NCBI GenBank assembly: GCA_016717725.1
Contig: JADKFA010000001.1
Location: forward strand, 67,219 to 131,218
Reading direction: 5' to 3'
Length of the DNA: 64,000 nucleotides
Origin: Bacteroidota bacterium
Lineage (GTDB): Bacteria > Bacteroidota > Bacteroidia > AKYH767-A > OLB10
A program made the position numbers and the translations under genes. Every line of letters begins with the position of its first letter. Position 1 is the first letter of the stretch. Positions 1 to 10,999 of this stretch are shown one piece after another. The notes beneath the pieces were generated by a model that saw only the letters and a list, made by a program, of their open reading frames with translations, searched no databases and had not been told where the DNA came from.

Positions 1-454
1 GCAATTTTCATCTGAATTAGAGATGGCAGTTTTCAGTAACGTCTTGGGCGCACCCGTACTTGCCATTTTACAAGGACTCACAGCAGGCATTATTTTTTGG
101 TTTTGCGATTTAGACCAGCCATGGTTTTGGGGAACCATCGCTGGGTTCATGTCCTTTATTCCACTCGTAGGAACTGCGTTAGTATGGATTCCAGCAGGGA
201 TTTACCAATATGCGAATAGCAACAATTGGCAAGGCATCGCCATCTTAATTTGTGGCACTTTAATCATCACCAATATTGATAATGTATTTCGTTTCACGCT
301 CCAGAAAAAATTCGCGAATGTACATCCTATGGTTACTGTGCTTGGAGGTATATTAGGGATGCAGTGGTTTGGACTTCCAGGAATTGTTTTTGGACCGTTG
401 CTGATTTCTTACTTTGTACTGATGGTGAAAATGTATAAGGAAGAGTATAGGTGA
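1..454 (+). CDS. AI-2E family transporter (PerM/UPF0118-like), C-terminal part; the 5' end lies outside the window
   Basis: The frame is open from the window edge. Multi-TM sequence with the FIPLVG..VWIPAG..GPLL pattern typical of AI-2E permeases. Confidence 0.7.
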   Translation, partial: QFSSELEMAVFSNVLGAPVLAILQGLTAGIIFWFCDLDQPWFWGTIAGFMSFIPLVGTALVWIPAGIYQYANSNNWQGIAILICGTLIITNIDNVFRFTLQKKFANVHPMVTVLGGILGMQWFGLPGIVFGPLLISYFVLMVKMYKEEYR

Positions 455-462
455 ATTAAGAA

Positions 463-993
463 TTAAGTCCCGATAGTAAAACCATAATCTGCTCCATAGG
501 CATTTAATGATTTTTTTAGTTTTTGTCGGGCTACATGAATTCTGATTTTTACTGTGCCCAATGGAACTTGCAATTCATCTGCAATTTCAGAATATTTATA
601 TCCTTCAAATGATTTCAGAAATGGAATGCGTAAATTATTATTCAACTCATTTATGGCTGCATCAATTTCTTTCATGGCAATGCGCTCTATTCCATTATTC
701 ATTTCGGAATAATTTAAATTTTCTAACAAATAATTATTTTCAGAATCATCATGCATTACTTTTCGATTCACTTTTTTTCTATATTCATTTATAAAAAGAT
801 TTTTTAAGATGGTATACAACCATCCTTTCAAATTGGTGTCAGGAGTAAATTTGTCTTTATTTTTAAATGCCTTTAGCATTGTTTCTTGAACTAAATCCTC
901 GGCATCTTCTATAGCTCGGGTCAACTTTAATGCATATCCGCGAAGAGGCTCATAGTGATCCTTAACATGATAATTAAATTCTAGCTGAGTCAT
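463..993 (-). CDS. RNA polymerase sigma-70 factor, ECF subfamily
   Basis: 176 aa. Region 2 (DAEDLVQETMLKAF) and region 4 HTH (YSEIADELQVPLGTVKIRIHVARQKL) signatures. Confidence 0.85.
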   Translation of the reverse strand: MTQLEFNYHVKDHYEPLRGYALKLTRAIEDAEDLVQETMLKAFKNKDKFTPDTNLKGWLYTILKNLFINEYRKKVNRKVMHDDSENNYLLENLNYSEMNNGIERIAMKEIDAAINELNNNLRIPFLKSFEGYKYSEIADELQVPLGTVKIRIHVARQKLKKSLNAYGADYGFTIGT

Positions 994-1194
994 TTTGTTT
1001 AATTATTTAAGTAAATACTTAAACAAAGGTAAGTAAGACAATACCTGATTTGCAAATTTTTGTTTAACTTTTTTTACATTTTTGTTAAACAACCATTAAC
1101 TCATTGAAAGCTAGTGTCTCAAATAAAAATATTGGTTTACAAGAACTTGTATTTTACCGAGACGGATTTGGCTTATGGATGACTTAAATATCTT

Positions 1195-1450
1195 GAAGCT
1201 GAGTCAATCGGTTGCTTTTCTCTTCGCTAATTTTTCTCGCTAAGGCGCAGTCCCGCAGCGCCGTCGGCAAGCCTTTGGCGGCCGATGGATAGCTATCGGG
1301 ACGCAAAGGCTACGCTACGAGAAATTTTCTCGCTAAGGCGCTAAGGACGCTAAGCCATTCGGTTGCTTTTCTCTTCGCTAATTTTTCTCGCAAAGGGCGA
1401 TAAAGGACGCTAAGGCTGCGCTACGACAAATTTTCTCGCCTAGGCGCAAT
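1195..1450. repeat. Intergenic GC-rich low-complexity repeat block (ttttctcgctaaggcgc / cgctaaggacgctaag words). Contains an internal ~40 bp direct repeat at 1206-1247 and 1348-1397.
   Basis: tcggttgcttttctcttcgctaatttttctcgc occurs twice. The word gctaaggctgcgctacgacaaattttctcgc recurs at ~6097-6127. Confidence 0.6.
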
Positions 1451-1453
1451 CCA

Positions 1454-2338
1454 CTACCCTAGCGATTTTAAAAATTTACTGAAATCATCAAAATCATAAA
1501 GCAGTGTTACCTGCGGCGGAAATTGAATATGCGATTGAGAAATTTGTGAACCTGCAATCAAAATGTTTGTAGTAGGAAAATCTCCATGCAACTTATTTGC
1601 AATTTGTAAAGGTGTTTGATTGATGATCGCAGAAGTTAACACGGTGAGTATGTAGTCGGCCTTATACAATTTCATTACTGAATGCAAATCATTAAGCGGT
1701 AGGTTGGGTCCAAGATAATTAGTATGATGTCCAGCTAAACGAATTAGATAATTTGCAAAAAGCAAGGTCACATCATGCGGTTCATTCGCTGGCAAAAACA
1801 GAATAAATTTCTTTGGATTATGCAATTCTGATTTAGGTAATGTGTTGAGAGCAGAAAATAATTTAAGTCGAATTAAATGAGTAATAAAATGCTCATAGGC
1901 CGGATTAATAGAACCTGTTTGCCAAAGGATACCAATTCTGGACATTAGAGGAAAAACCAACTTTTTAAAACTTTCTTCGAATCCAATATGTTCAATGCTT
2001 GTTTGAAAAATTTGCATGAAACTTTCTTCGTCCAATCCAAACATCGCCTTAATCAATGATTCTAAATGCATCGTCTCATCGTTGGAATGAAGTGTAAGAT
2101 CGAGCACTAATGCATCCACATCTTCCTTCGACATTTTTGTAATCTTGGAGATTTTAAAACCTCTACGATTTAACATTGCTACATTGAGAAGTAATTTTAA
2201 ATCTTCGTCCGTATAATAACGAATATTGGTTGCTGTTCTATTGGGCAGAGGAATTCCATAACGAAGTTCCCAAATACGCAATGTATGCGATTTGATGCCG
2301 GTTAATGCTTCCACATCTTTAATTGAGAAGTTGGTCAT
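1454..2338 (-). CDS. MerR family transcriptional regulator with a C-terminal B12-binding-like domain (CarH/LitR-like light regulator candidate)
   Basis: N-terminal MerR HTH (IKDVEALTGIKSHTLRIWELRYGI, RYYTDEDL). The ~190 aa C-terminal part resembles cobalamin-binding domain regulators. It sits next to a photolyase gene. Confidence 0.65.
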   Translation of the reverse strand: MTNFSIKDVEALTGIKSHTLRIWELRYGIPLPNRTATNIRYYTDEDLKLLLNVAMLNRRGFKISKITKMSKEDVDALVLDLTLHSNDETMHLESLIKAMFGLDEESFMQIFQTSIEHIGFEESFKKLVFPLMSRIGILWQTGSINPAYEHFITHLIRLKLFSALNTLPKSELHNPKKFILFLPANEPHDVTLLFANYLIRLAGHHTNYLGPNLPLNDLHSVMKLYKADYILTVLTSAIINQTPLQIANKLHGDFPTTNILIAGSQISQSHIQFPPQVTLLYDFDDFSKFLKSLG

Positions 2339-2398
2339 TTACTTTACTTTTCGTTGCTTTATCTATTTAATGAGATAACTCTTGTTAAGTAGAACAAC

Positions 2399-2737
2399 TC
2401 AAGATGAATAATGTTTTTTTAAAATCACTTTTATTAATTCACGTTGTAAAATGATATCTGCCATTTGAGCAGTATCGCGACAACCATAACGGGCTGGAAT
2501 CATATGTTCTGGGACATCAATATGGTAAAATAAACCTGGAAGTCGGTCTGCATCAAACTTACACCAAAACTGAAGCTGCTCTGTCAATTGAATATGATAA
2601 TTATCGAATTGAACAGGTAACTCCTCATTAAAAACTAAAATATAATTAAACCGTTCAAAATCCTTTATAGTTTGAACAGCCATTGCTCTCAAATACGCAA
2701 GGTCGTGACGATATTTTTCAAGTTGCAAATCTTTCAT
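2399..2737 (-). CDS. hypothetical protein (112 aa)
   Basis: Clean ORF directly upstream of, and co-directional with, the MerR gene. No family recognised. Confidence 0.4.
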   Translation of the reverse strand: MKDLQLEKYRHDLAYLRAMAVQTIKDFERFNYILVFNEELPVQFDNYHIQLTEQLQFWCKFDADRLPGLFYHIDVPEHMIPARYGCRDTAQMADIILQRELIKVILKKHYSS

Positions 2738-2754
2738 GTACTATCTTTGTTCAA

Positions 2755-3768
2755 ATGAAAATGGAAAAGACCCAGCTGCAAATATTAAAATTATTTTTTA
2801 ATAAGTACTCCTTTCTACTGCTATTAATGATACTTGTCAGTATGTTTTCCTTTGGTCAAGGTGGCTATAAACCACATGCATTACTTTCTCCGATGTGGCA
2901 AGTTGATGAAGAATATTTAGAACCCAGCGAGGTTAAAGATACAACCATGGAGAATGGTCACGCCGCCACAGGATTCAGCTTTCGTTTTCCACTCTATCTT
3001 GGTAAAGATTGGCTCTCTGCCGATGGCGGAAAACCTTACTTCGCCGTTCTTTTACACGGTGGAGCTACTGGGAAAATTTCGCAACTCGATTTCCTCGAAC
3101 CCGATCGAATCCTTACCATGGGACGATTAGGCATAACAGCGCTCATGGCAAAAGGTTTACGGAATTTATATTTAATTCAGTTTTCTACTTCTTTACCTTC
3201 TGAGTCATTTAATTTCAAACTAAATTATTTGCGATTTCATGGCGCATTGGTTTGGAGGAAACTCTATCATAATAATACATGGTGGCATACACTGGGTGTG
3301 ATGTATACACCCGTCATGGGTCGAGATCTTCCTCTTCCTCTGCTTGGATTTGGAATTAAATTAGGAAACGATGATCAAGTTCAAATGACGTTTCCTTTTA
3401 ATGCAATGTATACCCATGTATTCTCTAAAAAAATTAGTTTGAGTGCTAAAATTCAAAATACGGGAGGCTATCATTATTTAAAACCAGATAGCATTTATCA
3501 AGACGAGCCACTCCTTTATCGCTTCCAATATTATCGAGTAGGTGTGCTTGCTCGCTATTATACTACGCGTCATGTTGTCATTACTCCCGAAGTGGGAATG
3601 ACTACCTCAGGAAGTTTGCAGATTGATGATTACAAAGCAAAGCAAGTGGCAACACCGTATTTGCGGATTAGCTTACAAGTTCGATTTGGAAAACGTCCAC
3701 CTGTTGCTCCTATCTTAAATTTTGATCCAGGAGACAGTGGTTTTGATCCTGCTTATTTGGTGGAGTAA
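2755..3768 (+). CDS. hypothetical secreted / outer-membrane protein
   Basis: An internal ATG at 2755 gives the signal-like N-terminus MKMEKTQLQILKLFFNKYSFLLLLMILVSMFSFGQ. The aromatic-rich C-terminal half suggests a beta-barrel. The track start at 2683 overlaps the divergent gene. Confidence 0.45.
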   Translation: MKMEKTQLQILKLFFNKYSFLLLLMILVSMFSFGQGGYKPHALLSPMWQVDEEYLEPSEVKDTTMENGHAATGFSFRFPLYLGKDWLSADGGKPYFAVLLHGGATGKISQLDFLEPDRILTMGRLGITALMAKGLRNLYLIQFSTSLPSESFNFKLNYLRFHGALVWRKLYHNNTWWHTLGVMYTPVMGRDLPLPLLGFGIKLGNDDQVQMTFPFNAMYTHVFSKKISLSAKIQNTGGYHYLKPDSIYQDEPLLYRFQYYRVGVLARYYTTRHVVITPEVGMTTSGSLQIDDYKAKQVATPYLRISLQVRFGKRPPVAPILNFDPGDSGFDPAYLVE

Positions 3769-3861
3769 ATAAATGGATACTGCAAAGTTATGACTGAAGC
3801 AGAAATGTAAATTTATTTTATCGAAATCAAAACAAATCATTTCCTTCCTTGTTTTAGTTTC

Positions 3862-4758
3862 ATGAAAAAAGTGCTCATCGCGGGTGGATCAGGATTAATC
3901 GGAAAACGATTAACTACACTTCTTATGGAGAAAGGGTATGAAGTGGCGTGGCTAAGTCGAGCGGTTATGCCTGTAGATGGAATCACAACTTATTTATGGA
4001 TTCCGGAGTTGGGGAAGATGGATGTACAAGCGCTCGAAAATTGTGTTGCTATTATTAACCTTGCTGGTGCACCAATTGCTAATCATGCATGGACTCCTGT
4101 TTATCGAAAAAAAATAATAGAAAGTAGGACTCAATCTGCGCGATGCATTTTAAAAGCATTGAAAGAAAATCCGAATCAAGTTAGTGTACTTATTTCATCT
4201 TCTGCCATCGGATTTTATGGTGACCGAAAAGATGAAATCATGACGGAAGAATCGGCAATAGGCAATGGCTTTCTTGCGCATTCCACAGCTGAATGGGAAA
4301 TGGCATATGATCATTCACAGATAAGAACAATTCTTTTCAGAATAGGAGTTGTATTATCAAAGAATGGAGGCGCATTAAAAGAGATGAGTAGCTCAATTCC
4401 GTTTGGAATATGTCCGATACTTGGAAATGGAAAACAAATTTTGAGTTGGATTCACCTAGATGATATCTGTTTACAGATGATTCATGGTATTGAAAATGAA
4501 AATATGAATGGTGTTTACAACGGAGTAAGTCCAACTCCTAGTCCGCAAAATGCATTCAGCTTAGCGATTAGAAAACACTTAAATAAATGGAGTATCCCAA
4601 TTTTAATTCCATCCCTTATTTTGAAACTCCTGATGGGCGAACGCAGTTCGATTGTTCTAAACAGTTCAATGGTAAGTTCTGAAAAAATAAAACGAAGTGG
4701 GTATGAATTTAAGTTTCCAACACTTGAATCTGCGCTAATCAATATTTATGGAAAGTAA
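3862..4758 (+). CDS. TIGR01777 (YfcH-like) family SDR / NAD-dependent epimerase with DUF1731 C-terminus
   Basis: GGSGLIGKRL Rossmann motif and a ~298 aa length. Its end overlaps the photolyase start by 11 nt. Confidence 0.75.
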   Translation: MKKVLIAGGSGLIGKRLTTLLMEKGYEVAWLSRAVMPVDGITTYLWIPELGKMDVQALENCVAIINLAGAPIANHAWTPVYRKKIIESRTQSARCILKALKENPNQVSVLISSSAIGFYGDRKDEIMTEESAIGNGFLAHSTAEWEMAYDHSQIRTILFRIGVVLSKNGGALKEMSSSIPFGICPILGNGKQILSWIHLDDICLQMIHGIENENMNGVYNGVSPTPSPQNAFSLAIRKHLNKWSIPILIPSLILKLLMGERSSIVLNSSMVSSEKIKRSGYEFKFPTLESALINIYGK

Positions 4759-6056
4759 AATCGCTATTCACTGGTTTCGTCGCGACCTTCGTCTAGAAGA
4801 CAATGCTGCTTTACATCACAGTTTAAAAAGTGGATTCAAAGTACAATGTGTTTTTATTTTTGACAAAGATATTTTGGATTCATTAGAAGATAAGAAAGAT
4901 CTTCGACTCCAATTCATACATGATCAAATTACTTACTTAAACCAACAACTTTTATCGCATGGTGCTAGTTTGGATGTGCGATATGGCACCCCTATAAAAA
5001 TCTGGAAAGAAATACTAAAGGATTATAATACAGCTGCAGTTTATACAAATCACGATTACGAACCTTACGCAAAAATTCGAGACAAAGAAATAGAAAATCT
5101 ATTAGTAAAAAATAACATTTCCTTTCATACTTACAAGGATCAAGTGCTTTTTGAAAAAGATGATATTCTAAAAAAAGATGGGCAACCGTATACCATCTAC
5201 ACTCCCTTCAGTAAAAAATGGATGGATAATTTAAATGAAGAAGGTGTTCCTCATTTCGAAACTACAAATCTTCTTAGCAATCTAAATCAAAATAATTCTT
5301 CGACTATACCTTCATTGAAATCGATGGGATTTGAAAAAAGTGACATTGCTTTTCCCAGCAAAGAAATCAACAATACGATAATTCAGCAATACCACAATAC
5401 TCGTGACTTTCCAAGTGTATTAGGCACATCTCACCTTAGCGTACACCTTAGATTTGGAACGGTGAGTATTCGACAAATAATTAAAGAAGCACAAAAAATG
5501 AGTCCTACTTGGTTGAACGAACTTTGCTGGCGGGAATTTTATATGATGATCATTTGGCATTTTCCACATGTTGCTCAACAGCGCGTTTAAACCTGCATAC
5601 GATTATATTGAATGGAGAAATAGCGAAGATGAATTCGAGGCATGGTGTGAAGGACGAACGGGCTATCCCATTGTTGATGCAGGCATGCGCGAACTCAATG
5701 AAACTGGATTCATGCACAATCGAGTACGCATGATTACTGCCAGCTTTCTCACTAAACATTTATTAATTGATTGGCGGTGGGGGGAAGCGTACTTCGCTTC
5801 CAAACTTCTCGACTTCGACTTGAGTGCAAACAATGGCGGATGGCAATGGGCAGCAGGGAGCGGTTGCGATGCAGCACCCTATTTTAGAATTTTTAATCCA
5901 TACCTCCAAACACAACGATTCGATCCCAAATTTAAATACATTCGAAAATGGGTTCCAGAATTTGAAGACTTCGGCTATCCATCACCGATAGTGGAGCATA
6001 CCTTTGCAAGAGATCGATGTTTGCAAGTGTATAAGAAAGGTCTTGCAAAAAAATAG
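4748..6056 (+). pseudogene. phrB: deoxyribodipyrimidine photolyase / cryptochrome family, interrupted by one frameshift near 5570-5590
   Basis: The N-terminal part (IHWFRRDLRLEDNAAL) is in frame 2. The C-terminal FAD part (GYPIVDAGMRELNETGFMHNRVRMITASFL..WQWAAG) is in frame 0. The junction lies between WHFPHV and AFKPAYDY. Confidence 0.85.
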
Positions 6057-6250
6057 GTTTCTCGACGAAAGGTTTCTCGCAAAGGCGCAAAGCCGCTAAG
6101 GCTGCGCTACGATAAATTTTCTTGCAACCTTTTGCAAGCTCAGGTTAAAAAGGCGAAGAAGGCGCTAAGACTGCGGTACGATAAATTTTCTCCCGACTTC
6201 GACAAGCTAAAGGTAAAATTTTCTCGCAGAGACCGAGAGGCTGGTGCTAA
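6056..6250. repeat. Intergenic GC-rich repeat block of the same word family as 1195-1450
   Basis: Contains ggtttctcgc, aaggcgc, gctaaggctgcgctacgataaattttct and ctgcggtacgataaattttctc. Confidence 0.5.
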
Positions 6251-6363
6251 GACGAAAAGCAGAAAAGTTTTTTAAAGTAAAAGTCTTATGAGTATTTCTT
6301 TCTGAAAATAAAAACAGGTGTTCACTTTTTGAGTAAACACCTATTTCATAGTTCATCATTCTA

Positions 6364-8523
6364 CTATTTCAAAAAATCATTAAAGTACCTTGTTATTTTT
6401 TCATAAAGATGGATTCTGTCTTTGCCTAACACATTATGCAAATGTCCAGGGTATACCATATAATCCACTTGAACACCACTACTCACCGATTTTTTTAAAT
6501 AAGCAAGGCTATGTTGCCAAACTACCACATCATCACTGGTACCATGAATAAGCATTAATCGACCGTTTAACTGATCTACATAATTCAACAAATTATTTAA
6601 TTTATAGCCTGCTGGGTTCGACTCGGGAGTATCCATGTATCTTTCAGTATACATGATTTCATAAAAACTCCAATCGATAACTGGACCACCGGCTACGCCC
6701 ACTTTAAAAATTCCTGGGTTACGTGTCATCAAAGAAGTAGTCATAAATCCACCGTAACTCCATCCATTCACACCCAAACGATTTCCATCTACAAAAGACA
6801 TTTTCCTTAGGTAATTCACTCCAGAAAGTTGATCCGCCATTTCTTTCTCTCCTAAATTTCTAAAGGTGGCTTGCTCGAAAGCTTTTCCTCTCCAACCGCT
6901 ACCTCTATTATCCAAAGTAAAAACAATATATCCTTCTTGTGTTAAATAATGAAACCACATATCAGAACCGGCCATCCATGAGTTGGTGATCATTTGTGCA
7001 TGCGGTCCGCCGTAAACATACACGATTACTGGATACTTTTTTGTTGAATCGAAATTTGCAGGCAACAACATGCGACACCATAACAAGGTATTGTCTTCGC
7101 CCTTAATATTAAAAAGACGAGTAGATGCGGCAGTATATTTCGCAAGCGGATTCTCCGCTTTTAATAAAGCATTCATCACTTTTCCATTTCATCTACCACT
7201 TGAATAATTCGAGGAGTAGAAACGATTGGAATACGTATCCATAAAATATTTTTTATCATCATTCGCAACACATACATGCACACCACTTCCAGTGCTAATT
7301 TTCGTAAGCGAACCAGAATTTAATTCTACGCGATAAAAATCACGATCAACACCATTATTTCCTGTAGCATGAAAATATGCGAACTTTCCTTTTGCATCAA
7401 AGCCTGTAAAATCGCTTACCTCCCACTCTCCTTTTGTCAGTTGCTTTATCAGATTTCCACTCACCTCATATAAGTATAAATGATAGAATCCATCTCTTCT
7501 ACTTTGCCAAATAAACTGATTATTATTACCTGGAATAAACTCGATAGGATGCAATGGTTCGGTGTATTTATCATCCTTCTCTTCAAACAAAGTTTTTATA
7601 AAATCACCAGTTGCCGCATTGTATTGATTTAGCTTCATGTGATTTTGATCACGGTTTAATACAGCAATAAAAACCGATTTTTCGTCTGGACTCCAGGCAA
7701 TATTGGTGAGGTATTGATCGGCTGGCAGGCCCGTTTTTAAATAAACAATTTTTCCACTCGACAAATCGTATATGCCTACCGTTACTTCATGACTCACTCC
7801 ACCTGCCATTGGGTATTTAATAATTTTTTCTTTTGCTGGTGTAGCCGAAAAATCAACGATGGGATAATCATTTACCATCGACTGATCCATTCTGTAAAAA
7901 GCGAGTTTATTTCCTTGTGGCGACCAGAACAATCCCTTTTCGATACCAAATTCTTCGCGGTGTACAGATTTACCATAAACGATATTATTGGTTCCGTCGG
8001 ATGTAATTTGTTTTGCCTGATGATTCTTCTCGATGTAAATATTAAATTCACTCACATAGGCAATATCTCCTTTGTCCGATTTAGACTCCACTTCTGCTGA
8101 CTCTGGTAAAGTGATCGAATCCATCAATGCCAACTTCATATCCTTTGTTGACAATTCAAATTGCTTCTTCTTCAAAGAAAATGAAATGGTTGAAGCATTC
8201 TTCCATTTCATTGCTGGAATTTTCGGTAGTGTATCCATCTTTGAAGAAGTCAGAAGAGCGTTTAATTTACTCAACGATAATACATCTGTGGTTTCTGTAT
8301 TTCCAACTGATCCTTGAACTAATACTTCCGCATTATTTTTAGTATCTACATAAGAAAAAGAAGCGGAACCCGGAATCCACTGAAGCTGAGGAAGGCGTTT
8401 AGGAGCTAAAGTCGTCCTTTGACGAAGAACTGCATCCTCGATCGTTAACTTTTGAAGTTGCGCTTGAACCGATCCAATAGAAATTAGACAGGCAATTAAT
8501 AGGGCATTAAATATCTTTTTCAT
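6364..8523 (-). pseudogene. S9B dipeptidyl-peptidase IV family protein (DPPIV_N propeller plus S9 catalytic domain), broken near 7180-7225
   Basis: The N-terminal ORF has signal peptide MKKIFNALLIACLISIGSVQA. The C-terminal ORF has GWSYGG (nucleophile elbow) and the catalytic-domain pattern. The apparent in-frame TGA at 7189-7191 is explained by a short out-of-frame stretch (IVSTPRIIQVVDE reads in another frame), that is, two compensating indels. Confidence 0.85.
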
Positions 8524-8641
8524 AGGATGACAAAGGTAAAATTTAATAGGAATACCGTATAAATTCTCGACCTGCTCCCACATTTGTTCGACCAAAGCAA
8601 TAATTATTTACTTTTATCTTCAGAATCAAAGTACAAATATC

Positions 8642-9223
8642 ATGTTCACTGGAATTATTGAAGCGCTTGGAAAAGTGTTAGTTGTAGTTGAAGAAGGGGG
8701 AAATAAAACCTTTACGGTGGAATGCTCCTTCATTGAAGAGTTAAAAGTAGACCAAAGCTTGGCTCATAATGGTGTTTGCTTAACGGTCACTGGTTTTCGA
8801 CCTGAGGGGTATATAGTAACGGCTATTGCAGAAACATTGCGTAAAAGTAATTTAGGGAATATCCAATCGGGCGATATAATTAACCTCGAGCGATGCATGG
8901 TAATGAACGGAAGAATTGATGGGCATATCGTTCAGGGGCATGTTGACTTAACTGGAGAATGCACTTCCATCAAAGATGAAAACGGAAGTTGGCTATTTGA
9001 ATTTATTTATGATAAAAACTCCGGTCATGTTACGGTTCCACAAGGTTCCATCACGATTAATGGAGTTAGTTTAACTGTTGCTGCTTCGCATCCTGGAAAA
9101 TTCAGCGTCGCTATTATCCCTTACACATTCGAGAACACAAATTTTAAAACGATGAAAGTGGGTGATGTTGTAAATTTAGAATTCGATATTATTGGAAAAT
9201 ATGTAAAAGCATATTTAAAATAA
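8642..9223 (+). CDS. ribE: riboflavin synthase alpha chain
   Basis: MFTGIIE start and duplicated lumazine-binding repeats (HNGVCLTV / INGVSLTV). Confidence 0.9.
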   Translation: MFTGIIEALGKVLVVVEEGGNKTFTVECSFIEELKVDQSLAHNGVCLTVTGFRPEGYIVTAIAETLRKSNLGNIQSGDIINLERCMVMNGRIDGHIVQGHVDLTGECTSIKDENGSWLFEFIYDKNSGHVTVPQGSITINGVSLTVAASHPGKFSVAIIPYTFENTNFKTMKVGDVVNLEFDIIGKYVKAYLK

Positions 9224-9227
9224 TTCT

Positions 9228-10418
9228 CTACACTACCTCTGAATTAATTTTTGATACATTCCATCGTAGAAGAAAAAATGAGATCATTGCAACAACTGCA
9301 GTGATTGAAAAAACCAGTTGGGGTCCTCCCATTGACCACATCCATCCCGTCCACGCTCCTGCGAAAAGTATCCCCAAACTATTTACACTCGTATAAAAAC
9401 CGATAGCTTGTCCACGTTCATGCGTTGGTACTAGGGTAGAAATAACAGCCTTAGCAACGGATTCTAAACACGACATGGATAACGCATATACTGCAAAGAG
9501 AAATATAAAGGCAATCAAAGAATTCATCCAGCCCATGCCTGCATAAGTAATCACAAAAAGAAAAATTCCTGTTAACAGTATATTTATTTTTCCCCATTTG
9601 TCGGCCAGCACGCCGATGGGCATTGAAAGAATTGCATAGAGTAAATTATATAAAATATATACTGCGATCATCGTCGTATCTGAGAATCCAGCTTCCTTTA
9701 ATGCCATCAACAAAAACACATCTGGACTATTTACCAAAGCGAACAACATCAAGGGGAATAAAAATTTCCGATAGCTAATATGACTTGCTTTCCAATAGTT
9801 AAAATAAGAAAAAAATCCGACTTGAGATTTCGTCTTTACTTCTATGCTAACTTTTTTCTCTTTCAAACGAAAGGTTAATAACAAACTAATTCCAGCAGGA
9901 ATAAATGCCATGGTGAATAAAGTTGAATAGTCGCCGGGTGTCCACCAAAGCCATAGCAACGCCACGGAAGGACCAATGGCAGCACCGAGCGTATCGAGTC
10001 CACGATGAAAACCAAATACGGCGGCACGAGTATCAGGACTTGACTCCAATGCGAGTAAAGAATCGCGTGGAGCTGTCCGAATTCCTTTTCCTAAACGGTC
10101 GGTAATTCTTCCAGAAAAAATACGGAATAAATCAGGGGAGCCCATCATCAACAATTTTCCCAAAGCAGAAAGGCCGTAACCCCATCTTACAAAAACCGAG
10201 CGTCGCTGCAACACATCTGATTGATGTCCGAAATACCCTTTAGACACACCTGCAATTACATTGGCAATACCTTCTAACAATCCAAGGGCAAGCATTGAAT
10301 AACCAGCTTCTTTTAAATACACGGGAAGAATTGGATACAACAACTCACTAGAAATATCGGCGAAGAGACTAATCCATCCTAGCAGCCAAACATTACGAGA
10401 GAATTTTGATTTAAACAT
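9228..10418 (-). CDS. MFS transporter
   Basis: 396 aa with ~12 predicted TM segments and a D-R-x-G-K-G-like loop (TDRLGKGIR). Confidence 0.75.
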   Translation of the reverse strand: MFKSKFSRNVWLLGWISLFADISSELLYPILPVYLKEAGYSMLALGLLEGIANVIAGVSKGYFGHQSDVLQRRSVFVRWGYGLSALGKLLMMGSPDLFRIFSGRITDRLGKGIRTAPRDSLLALESSPDTRAAVFGFHRGLDTLGAAIGPSVALLWLWWTPGDYSTLFTMAFIPAGISLLLTFRLKEKKVSIEVKTKSQVGFFSYFNYWKASHISYRKFLFPLMLFALVNSPDVFLLMALKEAGFSDTTMIAVYILYNLLYAILSMPIGVLADKWGKINILLTGIFLFVITYAGMGWMNSLIAFIFLFAVYALSMSCLESVAKAVISTLVPTHERGQAIGFYTSVNSLGILFAGAWTGWMWSMGGPQLVFSITAVVAMISFFLLRWNVSKINSEVV

Positions 10419-10965
10419 GATTCATCGAATCAAACATTTCTCGAGTGAGTATCCAACGTTTTACAAGCTGCTCGTAGCAAATCCAACCAGGGACAGTAGT
10501 GTATTCTTTAATAAAGTCGAACCCCAATTTTTCGATCGTTCTATTTGATCCATGATTGAGTGCATAGGGTTCACACAAAATTCGTTTCAACTCAAACTTA
10601 TCAAAATAAAAAGGGATAGACATTCGCAACCATTCCAATCCAAATCCTTTTCTTCTGTATTCATTCGACCATATATGCAAGTGGACAAAAGCTTCTTCGC
10701 CAAATTGTATGGGACCAATACTTGAATGTCCAACAGGTTTCCCATCATACAACCAAATCATCGCAAAAGATTTCTTCTCTGAAAAAGGAGTTGTTAATTG
10801 TGTTTCAATCATTGCAGTAAAATCTTCTCGTGAAGGCAACTTCTTCAAATCGACACCCATATTTATCAAAAACTCATCTGGAGAATTCAACCAGTAGTTT
10901 ACCAAAGGAGAAATATCCTCTTTTGTAATTTCCCGAACAGACAGCTTGCTCTTTGACATGATCAC
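10411..10965 (-). CDS. GNAT family N-acetyltransferase
   Basis: RRKGFG acetyl-CoA loop and a RimJ/L-like size. Confidence 0.7.
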   Translation of the reverse strand: MIMSKSKLSVREITKEDISPLVNYWLNSPDEFLINMGVDLKKLPSREDFTAMIETQLTTPFSEKKSFAMIWLYDGKPVGHSSIGPIQFGEEAFVHLHIWSNEYRRKGFGLEWLRMSIPFYFDKFELKRILCEPYALNHGSNRTIEKLGFDFIKEYTTVPGWICYEQLVKRWILTREMFDSMNHV

Positions 10966-10999
10966 AAATTTAATAGATATTTTTAATTTGTAGAAACAT

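Noticed and set aside
7189-7191. In-frame TGA codons in DPP-IV (7189) and mutY (51330-51380, three TGAs) might indicate TGA recoding (Trp, genetic code 4, or selenocysteine).
   Set aside because: In both cases an alternative frame across the short stretch gives much more family-like sequence (IVSTPRIIQVVDE; DFPPEIPSEIENSINLY), so these are paired frameshifts. Many intact genes here end in TGA. No SECIS-like context was examined or evident.
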